Shown one piece after another: positions 53,873 to 64,000 of a DNA stretch of 64,000 nt (position 1 is its first letter; each line of letters opens with the position of its first letter). Below the pieces are notes generated by a model that saw only the letters and a list, made by a program, of their open reading frames with translations, did not search any database and was not told the DNA's origin. The position numbers were made by a program, and so were the translations under genes. Source of the DNA: Octopus vulgaris (lineage: Eukaryota); NCBI GenBank assembly GCA_951406725.2, contig OX597817.1, positions 39,680,001 through 39,744,000 of the forward strand, written 5' to 3'.

Positions 53873-54518
53873 TAACTCTAACCCTAACCCACATCAGCGT
53901 ACAATAAAATTAACAGTAACAGACAAGAGGATGTGCATTTGCTATGTATTAGTTTGACACTCAGTGAAAAAACAGATTATTGACATTTTAAGCATTAGCT
54001 CTTTGTCAGTAAGGAGAAAGGGCAAGAGTTCAAAGAGTGGAAAGAAATCACCAACAGCAGGTGTGTACACATGTATATGTGCATATGTTTATGTATACTC
54101 TTGCCTAGACATTAAATGGTGATTGTACATAATTATTGCATTATGAGGTTGCTCATTTCCATTCTTCCATGAGAAATATGTCTGAGTCATGGGGAAAAAT
54201 GTTGCCTTACTTGGAAATGGGTGAATGTTGATGATAGGAAGGGCATCCAGCTACAGAAAACAATCTGCCTTATCAAATTCCATCTAACTCCTGCAAGCAT
54301 GGAAAAGTAGACATAAATAATGATATTGATGATGGAAACTCATTATGGAAACTAGTAGAGATCCATTCTTCATTTGCAAATGTACTTAGATAAGTCAATC
54401 AGTCTCTTTTACTTACACTTCAAAGCTTCTCTCCCTTTACACCACGTAATGTACCTCCTCCTTCTTCCAATCAACCTTAATTCAAAGGGGTCTTTTGTTG
54501 TTTTTATTTTTGTCCCAG

Positions 54519-54683
54519 AATCAAATGATAAAAGCTGAGCAAAACATTGAAGAACACAAAATCTTCGACGAAAGGTGTAAGCATTGTTCTGATTGGCTGA
54601 CAGATATGGAACAGAAACTGGAACAATGCACTGACAAATCTAGTGATGAAAAACACATTCAAGTCAAGATACAGAAGATCAAT
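54519..54683 (+). CDS. SYNE1: Spectrin-repeat exon 14 (55 aa, phase 0/0)
   Basis: ttgtcccAG|aat; NQMIKAEQNIEEHKIFDERCKHCSDWLTDMEQKL...KIQKIN|GTatgt. Confidence 0.92.
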
Positions 54684-54694
54684 GTATGTACTTG

Positions 54695-55042
54695 TTACTT
54701 ACTCTCTTTTACTCTTTTACTTGTTTCAGTCACTTGACTGTGGCCATACTGGAGCACCACCGTTAGTCGAGCAAATCAACCCCAGGACTTATTCTTTGTA
54801 AGCCTAGTACTTATTCTATTGGTCTCTTTTGCCAAACCGCTAAGTTAAAGGGACATAAACACACCAGCATATAAACAGACATTCATATATACATATATAC
54901 GATGGGCTTCTTTCAGTTTCCTTCTACCAAATCCACTCACAAGGCTTTGGTCAGCCCAAAGCTATAGTAGAAGACACTTGCCCAAGGTACCATGCAGTGG
55001 GACTGAACCCGGAATCATGTAGTTGGTTAGCAAACTACTTAC
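54695..55042 (-). mobile_element. SINE family A, antisense, directly after the exon 14 donor
   Basis: ctcttttactcttttacttgtttcag... through ...accacacagccactcctatgc. Confidence 0.85.
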
Positions 55043-55269
55043 CACACAGCCACTCCTATGCTTACTGTTGTTTATTTTAACTAAACCTTTCTCTTTATCT
55101 TCTGCCAAATATTTTTGGGGGATTTAATCACCTGATTTTTTTTTTATTATTTCATGCAATGTGATAAATAGAGTATATTCATTAACATTTTTTTTTATTA
55201 GAGACTGTAGTTATTGTGGATGTTTAACCATGGGTTAACTCCTGATTGAGAAGACCTTTAATCAAAGAC

Positions 55270-55713
55270 CAGTGGAGCACTAACAGCTCCATCTGAGTGG
55301 GATCACTGCCAGAGCAGCTGTCTGGCTTCTGTGCCGGTGGCACATAAAGAGCACAATTTGAGCGTGATCATTACCAGCTGTCGACTTATTGGCACTTGTG
55401 CCGGTGGCACGTGAACAAAACATTCAAGCAAGGTCATTGCCAGTGCCATTGGACTAACTCCTGTGCAGGTGGCATGTAAAAAATACCATTTGAGCATGGC
55501 TGTTGCCAGTACCGCCAGACTGGCCCTCATGCCGGTGGCACGTAAAAAGCACCAACTACACTCTCAGAATGGTTGGCATTAGGAAGGGCATCCAGCTGAA
55601 GAAACTCTGCCAGATCAGATTGGAGCCTGGTGCAGCCATCTGGTTTGCCAGTCCTCAGTCAAATCGTCCAACCCATGCTAGCATGGAAAGCAGACATTAA
55701 ATGATGATGATGA
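55270..55713 (+). mobile_element. SINE-like family C (tandem GTGCCGGTGGCACGTAAAA units, GGAAGGGCATCCAGCTG core, (GAT)n tail)
   Basis: Other copies at 2783-3150, 14140-14343, 15098-15422, 29003-29430, 38491-38662, 48983-49255(-), 52985-53192(-) and 63355-63537. Confidence 0.8.
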
Positions 55714-55898
55714 TTCCATTCATAGTTGGCTGTTTAGTTGAGAAGCACACTTTGCATAAACATTTGGTTTCAGATTCAGTCCTATTGGGAAAGTGTCTTC
55801 TATTGTAGACCCAGGCCGACCAATGCCTTGTGAGTGAATTTAGGTGATGGGAACTGTATGGAAGCCCCGCTTTATATATAAATATATATATAACAAAA

Positions 55899-56297
55899 GT
55901 AATAATTTAAATAAGGAAAGGAAAAGTCAAATTGTGATATTATTGTTGGTTCCATAAATGGACAATATATTTATTCCATATCTCATTCAGTATTATGCAA
56001 TTCATATTATCTAATATAAAACACAATATATGGAAATATGTAAGAATTCTCTAGTCCATTTGCTGCCTCAGATGTCATGATCTGAAGGCACAATTGACCA
56101 AATAAATTTCAGGATGAATTTGTTTTTGAAATAAATGGGCTATACAATTTCCACATATTTCTATATATTATGTCTTGTATTATATAACATTGTATGAATT
56201 GCTTAACACAGTATGAGGTGTGGAATAAAAATATTATCCATTTAGGGAAACAATTACAATGTCAGTCTGACTTCTCCTTTCCTCATTTAAATTATTT
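55899..56297. repeat. Long imperfect inverted repeat (~165-bp arms, ~70-bp spacer)
   Basis: ataatttaaataaggaaagga...taaatggacaatatatttattcca...gaaatatgt pairs with acatatttc...tggaataaaaatattatccattta...tcctttcctcatttaaattat. Confidence 0.8.
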
Positions 56298-57185
56298 GTA
56301 TTTTCACTGTGCAGGGCTTATTTTAAGCCTACTGGATCTTACCTTTGAGTTGTGTACTGATCTCATTTATATCAACCGAAGTCTTACAGATCTCCTTTTG
56401 ATTTTCGAATACTTCACTACCCAGGATCTGGCATGATGTGCTGATGAGGCTTATAATTATCCCTCCAATCTATCTTTCTGTCTGTCTGTCTGTCTGTCTG
56501 CCTGCCTGTCTGTCTGTCTATCTATCTTTCTATCTGTCTATCTACACACACACATATACACATCTGCATATCTTTGTATTTATCCCTGCCACTACCACTT
56601 GACAACTGGCATTGGTTTGTTTATGTCTTTGTAATTTAGCAGTTCAGCAAAAGAGACTGACTAAGTGCCAGACTTAAATACAAATAAGTACTGGGGTCAA
56701 TTTATTTAACTAAAACACTTCAAAGCAGTACCTCAGTATGGCCACAGACTAATGACTGAAACAAGTAAACGACGCATCACGGTATTTTGTATTTCTTATA
56801 CTTCAGTCTACATGTTTCCTTATTTCCTGCCAGTCTCATTCTGCAGCAATTCTTTATCTACCAACTTTTTCATCCACTTCTTTATGATATTGAAACCCTT
56901 ATAACCCTCTTTATCAATGTGTCCATTTCTTGCTAATCTTCCTAAATACTATTATTTCGTAGATACAATGATGTTAGAATTCCCAATTTGAGCATGTTCA
57001 TTTTGATAGCTAATACAGAAATATCGCTGTCATCATTTTCCTCTTGTTATATATAAATCCAAACTCTTACCGTTAATTTGATAAATCCAGTATTTCCCAG
57101 AGATAGCTGAGTGGCTATTGCATGCACGTTTGAACAAAAGGGGAATTTAACTACATTTGGATAAACATCTATTTTCTGTCAACAG

Positions 57186-57512
57186 GATCTCATGAACACA
57201 AAAGAAGAAGGTTTGCATTTGTTGAATCTGTGCATTGAATCCAGTGAAAAACTCTATTTGAACACTTCAAAGAAAGGCAGAGAGAAAATACGTCAAGATG
57301 TACAACAGCTGCAGAAAAGATGGGAATCATTTTCTGATAGTCTTGCAGAAACCCAGCACCACTTGGAGACAAATCAGTTGCAGTGGTCTTCATTTGATGA
57401 CAGTTATGAAAGTTTTGTGAAATGGTTTGCAGATATGGAAGCTAAATCCATCACTTATCAATCGATGAAGAATACTTTGCCAGAAAAGAAAGCAGCTGCA
57501 CAGTCCATGAAG
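57186..57512 (+). CDS. SYNE1: Spectrin-repeat exon 15 (109 aa, phase 0/0)
   Basis: tgtcaacAG|gat; DLMNTKEEGLHLLN...QKRWESF...QWSSFDDSYESFVKWF...QSMK|GTattt. Confidence 0.93.
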
Positions 57513-58897
57513 GTATTTTGAACTTATTAGTATTCATGAGTAGGTACAAGCAAAACTGTGTTAGTTAAAATCTCCCTTTATGATATGTCAGCCAACCTGG
57601 TTCTAGACTTGATCCTAGTGTATGGCATCTTGAACACCTTTACATGAAAAGGTACCTCAGTCATTCTATAATTGGAGAGCAATATTAGGTGCCAAGGGTG
57701 GGGAGCTGGCAGAATGATTAGCATGTCTGACAAAATGCTGAGTGGCATTTCTTCCAGTCCTTTATGTTCTGAGTTCTAATTCTGACAAGTCAACTTTGCT
57801 TTTTATTCCTTTGAGGATGATAAAATAAAGTACCAGTCAAGTACTAGGGTCAATGTACTGACTTACCCCTTCCTCTTAAAAAACTTGTGGCCTTGAACTT
57901 TGCAATGAACCTGCACCCCATTCAGAGGAATGTTGTGATATCAGTAACTTATATGACATGAAAATTGGGTAACTGGCCAAATGAGAATATTATGGGTCAG
58001 GATGATTATATGTACTATAGAGGCTAAGACTGACTTTACAAAATAAATCATTTAAGCTTCTTCCCCAGGATAACCATAGTTTAATGACTGAAACCAATGA
58101 AGGAGTAAAAATATTAGGATTGGTAAATGTTCTTTATGATATTATTGAGTTGCTCTCTTTGTTATCAGTTGTTAGTGTTGTTTAGCACTAGAAGAACCTT
58201 GATTGAGGATACCTATGACCAAAGTTATTCCAGCCATGACAATTCCATCAGATATCTTTTCTAGACATGGTATATCTAGATCAGCATTATCCAATGTGGC
58301 TGTCGGGTATTTTTTTTTTTGTGCTATGACAAAAAAGCAATACAGCCTGTAAAGTGGTTGGTATTAGGAAGGGCATCCAGCCATAGAAACTGTGCCAAAG
58401 CAGACATTGAAACACAATACAGTTCTCCAACCTGTTGGATTCTGTCAAACTGTCCAACCCACCAATTGATGCCAGCATGGAAAATAGATGTTAAAAGATG
58501 ATGATTATAATGATGTGATTTGAGAAAGATTTTGCTACTATTTCTAGCAGGTTAAATGACTGGATGGATGTTCTTTTGTTGATTGATAATAGATGAAATA
58601 TGTTATTTTTCTTATTATGATCAAATGCTAATGTCAGTAATATTGTTTATAGCTGATGTTTAAGTCCATAATTATTGGATCATAGAAACGTTAACAAAGA
58701 CTCTTTGTTCACACTGAATCCATCTACATCGTGGAAGTCATTCTTTTGCTAGCCATATTCTCAGAAAGAGCTGACCTTAGCACTGTCAGATAAACTAATG
58801 GAACACTTGTTAAATATACAATGCTACCACTTCTTACAATCATAAACTATAATACAGTGGTACCTATTTATAACTGGCTGAACTAAAACCTAATTAA

Positions 58898-59117
58898 CCC
58901 TTTCGTTAACAACCCAGCTGAAACTGGCTCTGGCTCTGAGTACAAATATCTTGTTTTCATGAGTTTTGAATTAAAATCTTCCACCAAACGTTAGTCACAG
59001 TTTATGTTCCTAACACTAGCTTAATGATAACTAAGTTATTTTACTGAATTCTTTGTTATATTTGAAGTAATTGAAAGAAACAAAGAGCATTTCAAAATAA
59101 GTACAGTAACGAAAGGG
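58898..59117 (+). mobile_element. TTAA-target MITE, family 1
   Basis: TTAA|CCCTTTCGTTA...TAACGAAAGGG|TTAA; body highly similar to 13816-14033. Confidence 0.88.
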
Positions 59118-60014
59118 TTAAGAGCTAAATACTTCAGTCATAAGCACAAAATAGTGCTTATAACAGGAAAGAAATGGCTAATGTCTCATCTGGTAGTGTG
59201 GTCTTTGCTTAATTTGGCTAACAGTGACTTTCATCCAATTTAGAATACTTAGAAACTGACTGCAAGAAGGGAGCTTTTATTCAGAATTTAAGTCTTTCTG
59301 TGGTAGATCTTTCCTCTCATCTTTACTTGGTTAATAATGTATTACATTTGTTTATCGTTATTTTCTTTGTTTACAATCATGTATCTAAATTTTTCATGCA
59401 AGCATGATTTTTGGTTTTTGTAAATATCAACATTTGCATAAAGTTAAGAGTAAATCATTTCATAGCTGAATGCCTTTCTTGCTACAAATCATTCAACCGT
59501 AAAGTAGGAACTGACATAAGTCAAGCAAACTGATATAAAGAGTGTAGAATGTCTTACCAGGGGACACAATATATATCATATTACATTGCTTGTCACAGAG
59601 CATTCGACTGTAAAATGAAATTTCTCTTAAAATGGAAAAAAGTCAAATTTTCAAAAATTCCTCTCACCCATACAAATATTGACAAATTGGTATCAAATAA
59701 AAGATAAATAAAAAGGTTATACTATCACCAATTCTTCATTTCTTTCTTTTTCTTATATTGCCTTGAATTTCTTTTTTCGATTTCTCTTTTCCGCTCTCCT
59801 CCTCTCTTTCTTTCTCTTTGCTTTTCTTTTGTTCATTCTCTACCATCTTTAACTCTCTCACTTTTTTTCTTTTACTTTCTTGTTCTCTCTCTACCTGTTT
59901 CTCTTTAAGACACTCAAACACTCACAAAGGCATAGCAGTGTGCTTAACTTCACTTCACAACTACATGGTTTTAGGTCCATTTCCATTGTATGGCATCTTG
60001 GGCAAGTGTCTTCT

Positions 60015-60226
60015 TATTTCTTTATTGCCCACATAGAGGGGACAAACAAAGAGAATAAGTCAATTACATTGACTCTACTGCGCAACTGGTACTTAATTTA
60101 TCGACCCCGAAAGGATGAAAGACAAAGTCGACCTCAGTGGAATTTGAACTCGGAATGTAACAGCAGACGAAATACCGCTAAGCATTTTGCCCAGCGTTCT
60201 AACATTTCTGCCAGCTCCCCGCCTTA
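60015..60226 (-). mobile_element. SINE family B with perfect 20-bp TSD, nested in a family A SINE
   Basis: TSD atcttgggcaagtgtcttct at 59995-60014 and 60227-60246. Confidence 0.87.
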
Positions 60227-62331
60227 ATCTTGGGCAAGTGTCTTCTACTATATCTTCAGACCAACCAAAGCTCTGCGAGGGAATTTGGCTGACCGAAACT
60301 GAAAGAAACCTGTTTTATGTGTATGTGCTTTAGTGTGTGTACCACCTATGTCCTAATCTTGCATCACATTCTCATTTTAAACAAACTTCACCATCACACA
60401 AGTGTGTTGTTTGTTTGCAATCTTCCTATGAAAACTATATCTATTCATATCCAGAAGACTTGGAGTAATACCATATTACTTGGAAAGAGGTGAGAGTTGC
60501 AACCAGAAGAGCATCTGGTTGAAGAAAACCTGCCTTGACAACATTCATGTGACTCATGCAACCATGGAAAATTAGACTTTAAAATGAAACAAACTAAATG
60601 ACCTATACAAAATATATATACATAGCATTTTCATCATCATCATCATCATCATCATCATAATCATCATTGTCATCATCATATTAATGTCTACTCTTCTATG
60701 CTTGCATGAATTAGATGAGAGTACATTAAGACAGAAATTTTTTTTAGCACTGGATGCCCTTTCCCAATTGTTTCTAAGGGAAGTAATAATCTCCCAGTCT
60801 GTTCCAACTACAAACAGCCTGGATGTGTTTGGTGCTGCAAACTGGAAACAAATAGCACAAGTTGATTGAGCTTTTCATTTGTAAAAATAGCTTGTCAAGA
60901 CATGTTAAGACACCTAGACATGCTTTCATAGTGGACTGCAAGCAAATAAACAAAAAAAAAAAAAGAAGCAGTCCCTCCATCAGTTATGACAATAATGGTT
61001 CCAGGTAATCTGATGAACAGAACAGTCTACTTATGAAATGAACATGCAAGTAGCTGACTCCACAGACACATGTACCCTTAATGTAGTTCTTAGGGAGATT
61101 CAGTGTGACACAGAATGTGACAAAGCTGCCCCTTGAAATACAGGTGCTACTCATTTTTGCTGGCTGATTAGGTTGGAGCAATGTGAAATAAAGCGTCTTG
61201 CTCAAGGACACAAGGTGCTGTTGGGTATCAAACTCTCAACCTTACGATCATGAGTTAAATACCCTAACCGCTAAGCCTAGTGCCTTCTTTGAAAGCAAAT
61301 GGTACTATTAAGAAGTGATTGTTTGCAAACCACTGAATATAAAGAAAACACAAATACACACGCACACACACACACACATGCACACACACACACATATGCA
61401 TACATACATGTGTGCACACATGCACAAACACTACTCTAGGCTCAAGGCCCAAAATTTTGGCAGGAGGGGGCCAGTCAATTAGATTGGCATCAGTACACAA
61501 TTGGTACTTAATTTATTGACTCTGAAAGGATAAAAAGCAAAATCAACTTCAGAGGAATTTGAACTTAGAACATAAAGACAAATGAATTACTGCTAAGCAT
61601 TTCATCCAGCATGCTAACGTTTCTTATTTCTTTATTGTCCACAATGGGCTAAACATAGAGGTGACAAACAAGGACAGACAAAGGGATTAAGTCGATTACA
61701 TCCACCCCAGTGTGTAACTGGTACTTAATTTATTGACCCCTGAAAGGATGGAACTTGAACTTAGAACGTAGCAGCAGATGAAATACTGCTAAGCATTTTT
61801 CTTGGCGTCCTAACGTTTCTGCCAGCTCACCACCTTAGCATAGGGTAATAATAGAAGACACTTGCTCAAGGTGCCTAACTGAACCAAAAAAACCATATGA
61901 TTGAGAAGAAAACTTCTCAGTTACACAGCCATGCCTGCACTCTTGTGTGTGTGTATTCTTTTTGCTTTGCTCATTCCTCCTGCTTTCTTCTGTCTTAAAT
62001 CTCATTCTTTTATTTTCTTTCTTTCTCCCTTATTCTTTTTCTCTCTATTTTCTTCCTGCCTGTTCTACTCTGCCCACCCCTCCCCTTATTTACATGTTGC
62101 TTGTATTTGTCACATTCTTATATTCTTCCTTTACATTCACTTTCTCACCCTTATCTTTCACTCTCCCTCCTGTCTCCTTTTATTCTGCCTCTTCTCTTTC
62201 ATACTCCCTTTGTCTGATTTGTCTATTCTGTCTCTATCTTTCACTCTCTCATCCCTGCCCTGCCAGTTTCTCTCTTTGCACTATCTCTTACTTGTTCCTC
62301 TTACTCTCATTCAACTTATGTTCATTTCCAG

Positions 62332-62472
62332 ATTTACTACCAAGACTTACTCTCTCACAAAACCATGCTAGAAAACTTAACCAAGAAAGGAAAACAACTT
62401 GATTCTCCAGATATTGATGACAAGTTGCAGCAGATCAGTTCTAAATATTCAATACTTATGTCTGAGACAGAT
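62332..62472 (+). CDS. SYNE1: Spectrin-repeat exon 16 (47 aa, phase 0/0)
   Basis: catttccAG|att; IYYQDLLSHKTMLENLTKKGKQL...ILMSETD|GTaaat. Confidence 0.88.
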
Positions 62473-63873
62473 GTAAATATGCACAAATATTTTTATATTT
62501 ATTCACTTATTATTGATGTTGTTTTAAAAACTTTTTCTTTTCTCAGAATATTCCTTATAGCAATCAATCAGCCAATAAATCGATACTTATTCTTCACCAT
62601 TAACAAAGAAGAAAGACAGACATCACTGTAGGCAGTTCCAAATTGACTGCCATTTCTAGTATATTCCTGTTATCTAGCAGATGTCTGGTTCTCTTTATGG
62701 TAGGATGATGAAAAATATATCTTTCATGCATTGATTTTTGTTTCTACCACTTATGTTTACCATTCTTTAGGTGTTGGAACAAAAACTATTCCATGTATGA
62801 GTCATTGAAGGTGTGACAGATTTTATCTCCCAAGCAACACATTTGATGATAATAAATAGAACTGCATGTATATGCTTGGTCTGACAACCAAAAGCTTCTT
62901 TATTCTCACCCTTTTGTCTTAAGTGGATAAATATGTTGGATAAAACAATCTAGAATAAAATACGCCAGAGTGGAAATCAAGATGAGTGAAGCAACACTAC
63001 TTGAGAACAACAATAACAATGACAACAATAATATTAATTCTTTCTACTATAGGCACAAGGCCTGAAAGTTTTGGGGAGGTAGTAAGTTGATTACATTGAC
63101 CCCAGTATTTCACTGGTACTGTTTTCATCGACCCCAAAAGGATGTAATGCAAAGTCATCTTCTGAAGAATTTGTGCTGCTAACCATTTTGTCTGGTGTGT
63201 TAACAGTACTGCCAGCTTGGCACTTTTGTAGCAGCAGCAGCAGCAGTTGTAGTAGTAGTAGTAGTAGTAGTAAGAAGAATGAACTTGTTATATATGGTGC
63301 TCTGGTGCATTAATACAAATAACAATTTAGTTGTTTCTCACACATCATGGTACCCATGCTGATGGCATGTAAAAGCACCCATTACACTCTCAGAATGGTT
63401 GGCATTAGGAAGGACATCCAGCTGAAGAGCAACCATGCCAAATCAGACTGGAGTCTGGTGCAGCCTTCCAGCTTACCAGCTCTGGTCAAACCATTCAACT
63501 TATGCCAGCATGCACAACGGATGTTAAATGGTGATGACAATAGGTAGGTGAAATATAACAAATGGAACGAGGGAAATGAGAAATGGACAGTGTGATAGGT
63601 TACAACAGGTTGATGAAAGTTCAAGAAGTGATGGACAAAATGTAAACATGCACACAAAAAAAAACAATGCAAGTTGTGTACAATAAGTAGTAGGAAGTGC
63701 AAAAAAGTAAACTAACGTAGGAGTGGCTGTGTGGTAAGTAGCTTGCTTACCAACCAAGGGGTTCCAGGTTCAGTCCCACTGCGTGGCACCTTCAGCTAGT
63801 GTCTTCTACTATAGCCTTGGGCCAACCAAAGCCTTGTGAATGGATTTGGTAGAGGAAAACTGAAAGAAGCCTG

Positions 63874-63929
<56 letters not shown>

Positions 63930-64000
63930 ACATGTCTGTGTGTTTGTCCCCCCCAACATTGCTTGACAACTGATCGTGGTGTGTTTACATCCCTGTAAGT

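Larger units (their letters stand above)
12579..62472 (+). other. SYNE1: Internal portion (16 exons, 1444 aa) of a giant spectrin-repeat gene, nesprin-1/SYNE1 (Msp300)-like; extends beyond both window ends
   Basis: 16 exons with AG/GT boundaries join in one open frame (total 4332 nt). The protein is helical with a period of about 106 aa and spectrin-type Trp positions (e.g. NFSTWLEQKE, RRQWQQLV, LSNWMKKAE, SDWLTDME). Spectrin-repeat family is well supported. Nesprin rather than spectraplakin/dystrophin is inferred from divergent repeats; no CH or KASH domain is in the window. Confidence 0.75.

Noticed and set aside
53874-53890. Telomere-like ctaaccctaaccc
   Set aside because: Only about two units, compatible with chance.
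51371-53957. Long YI/HT/CV-repeat ORFs up to 343 aa
   Set aside because: Dinucleotide and tetranucleotide repeats that lack stop codons.
55325-55555. CRISPR-like spaced palindromic repeats (also 15100-15260 and 29131-29270)
   Set aside because: The spacers resemble each other, the block is part of a dispersed eukaryotic repeat, and there are no cas genes.

Overview
This is AT-rich, microsatellite- and SINE-dense eukaryotic genomic DNA. The repeat landscape looks like a coleoid cephalopod (Octopus); that is an inference from repeat style. The whole window appears to lie inside one very large + strand gene. I can place 16 internal GT-AG exons (12579-62472) that splice into a continuous 4332-nt / 1444-aa frame of tandem spectrin repeats, most likely nesprin-1/SYNE1 (Msp300-like). 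No start or stop codon falls in the window. Three of these exons (7, 8, 13) are missing from the ORF track, and most other track ORFs are microsatellite artefacts. The introns hold a layered set of mobile elements: a 5'-truncated but uninterrupted Penelope-like RT/GIY-YIG element in (TA)n with a hammerhead-like motif, R4/Dong-type and RTE LINE remnants, a non-coding element embedded in (TAA)n, an internally inverted mariner, TTAA and TA MITEs, a foldback element with an 8-bp TSD, a 122-bp solo-LTR-like insert, a Helitron-like cluster and several SINE families, often nested. I found no prokaryotic system, CRISPR array or genuine tRNA/rRNA gene. The strongest leads are the repeat-registered phase-0 exon architecture, the microsatellite-targeted retroelements, and long intronic inverted repeats that could form dsRNA.
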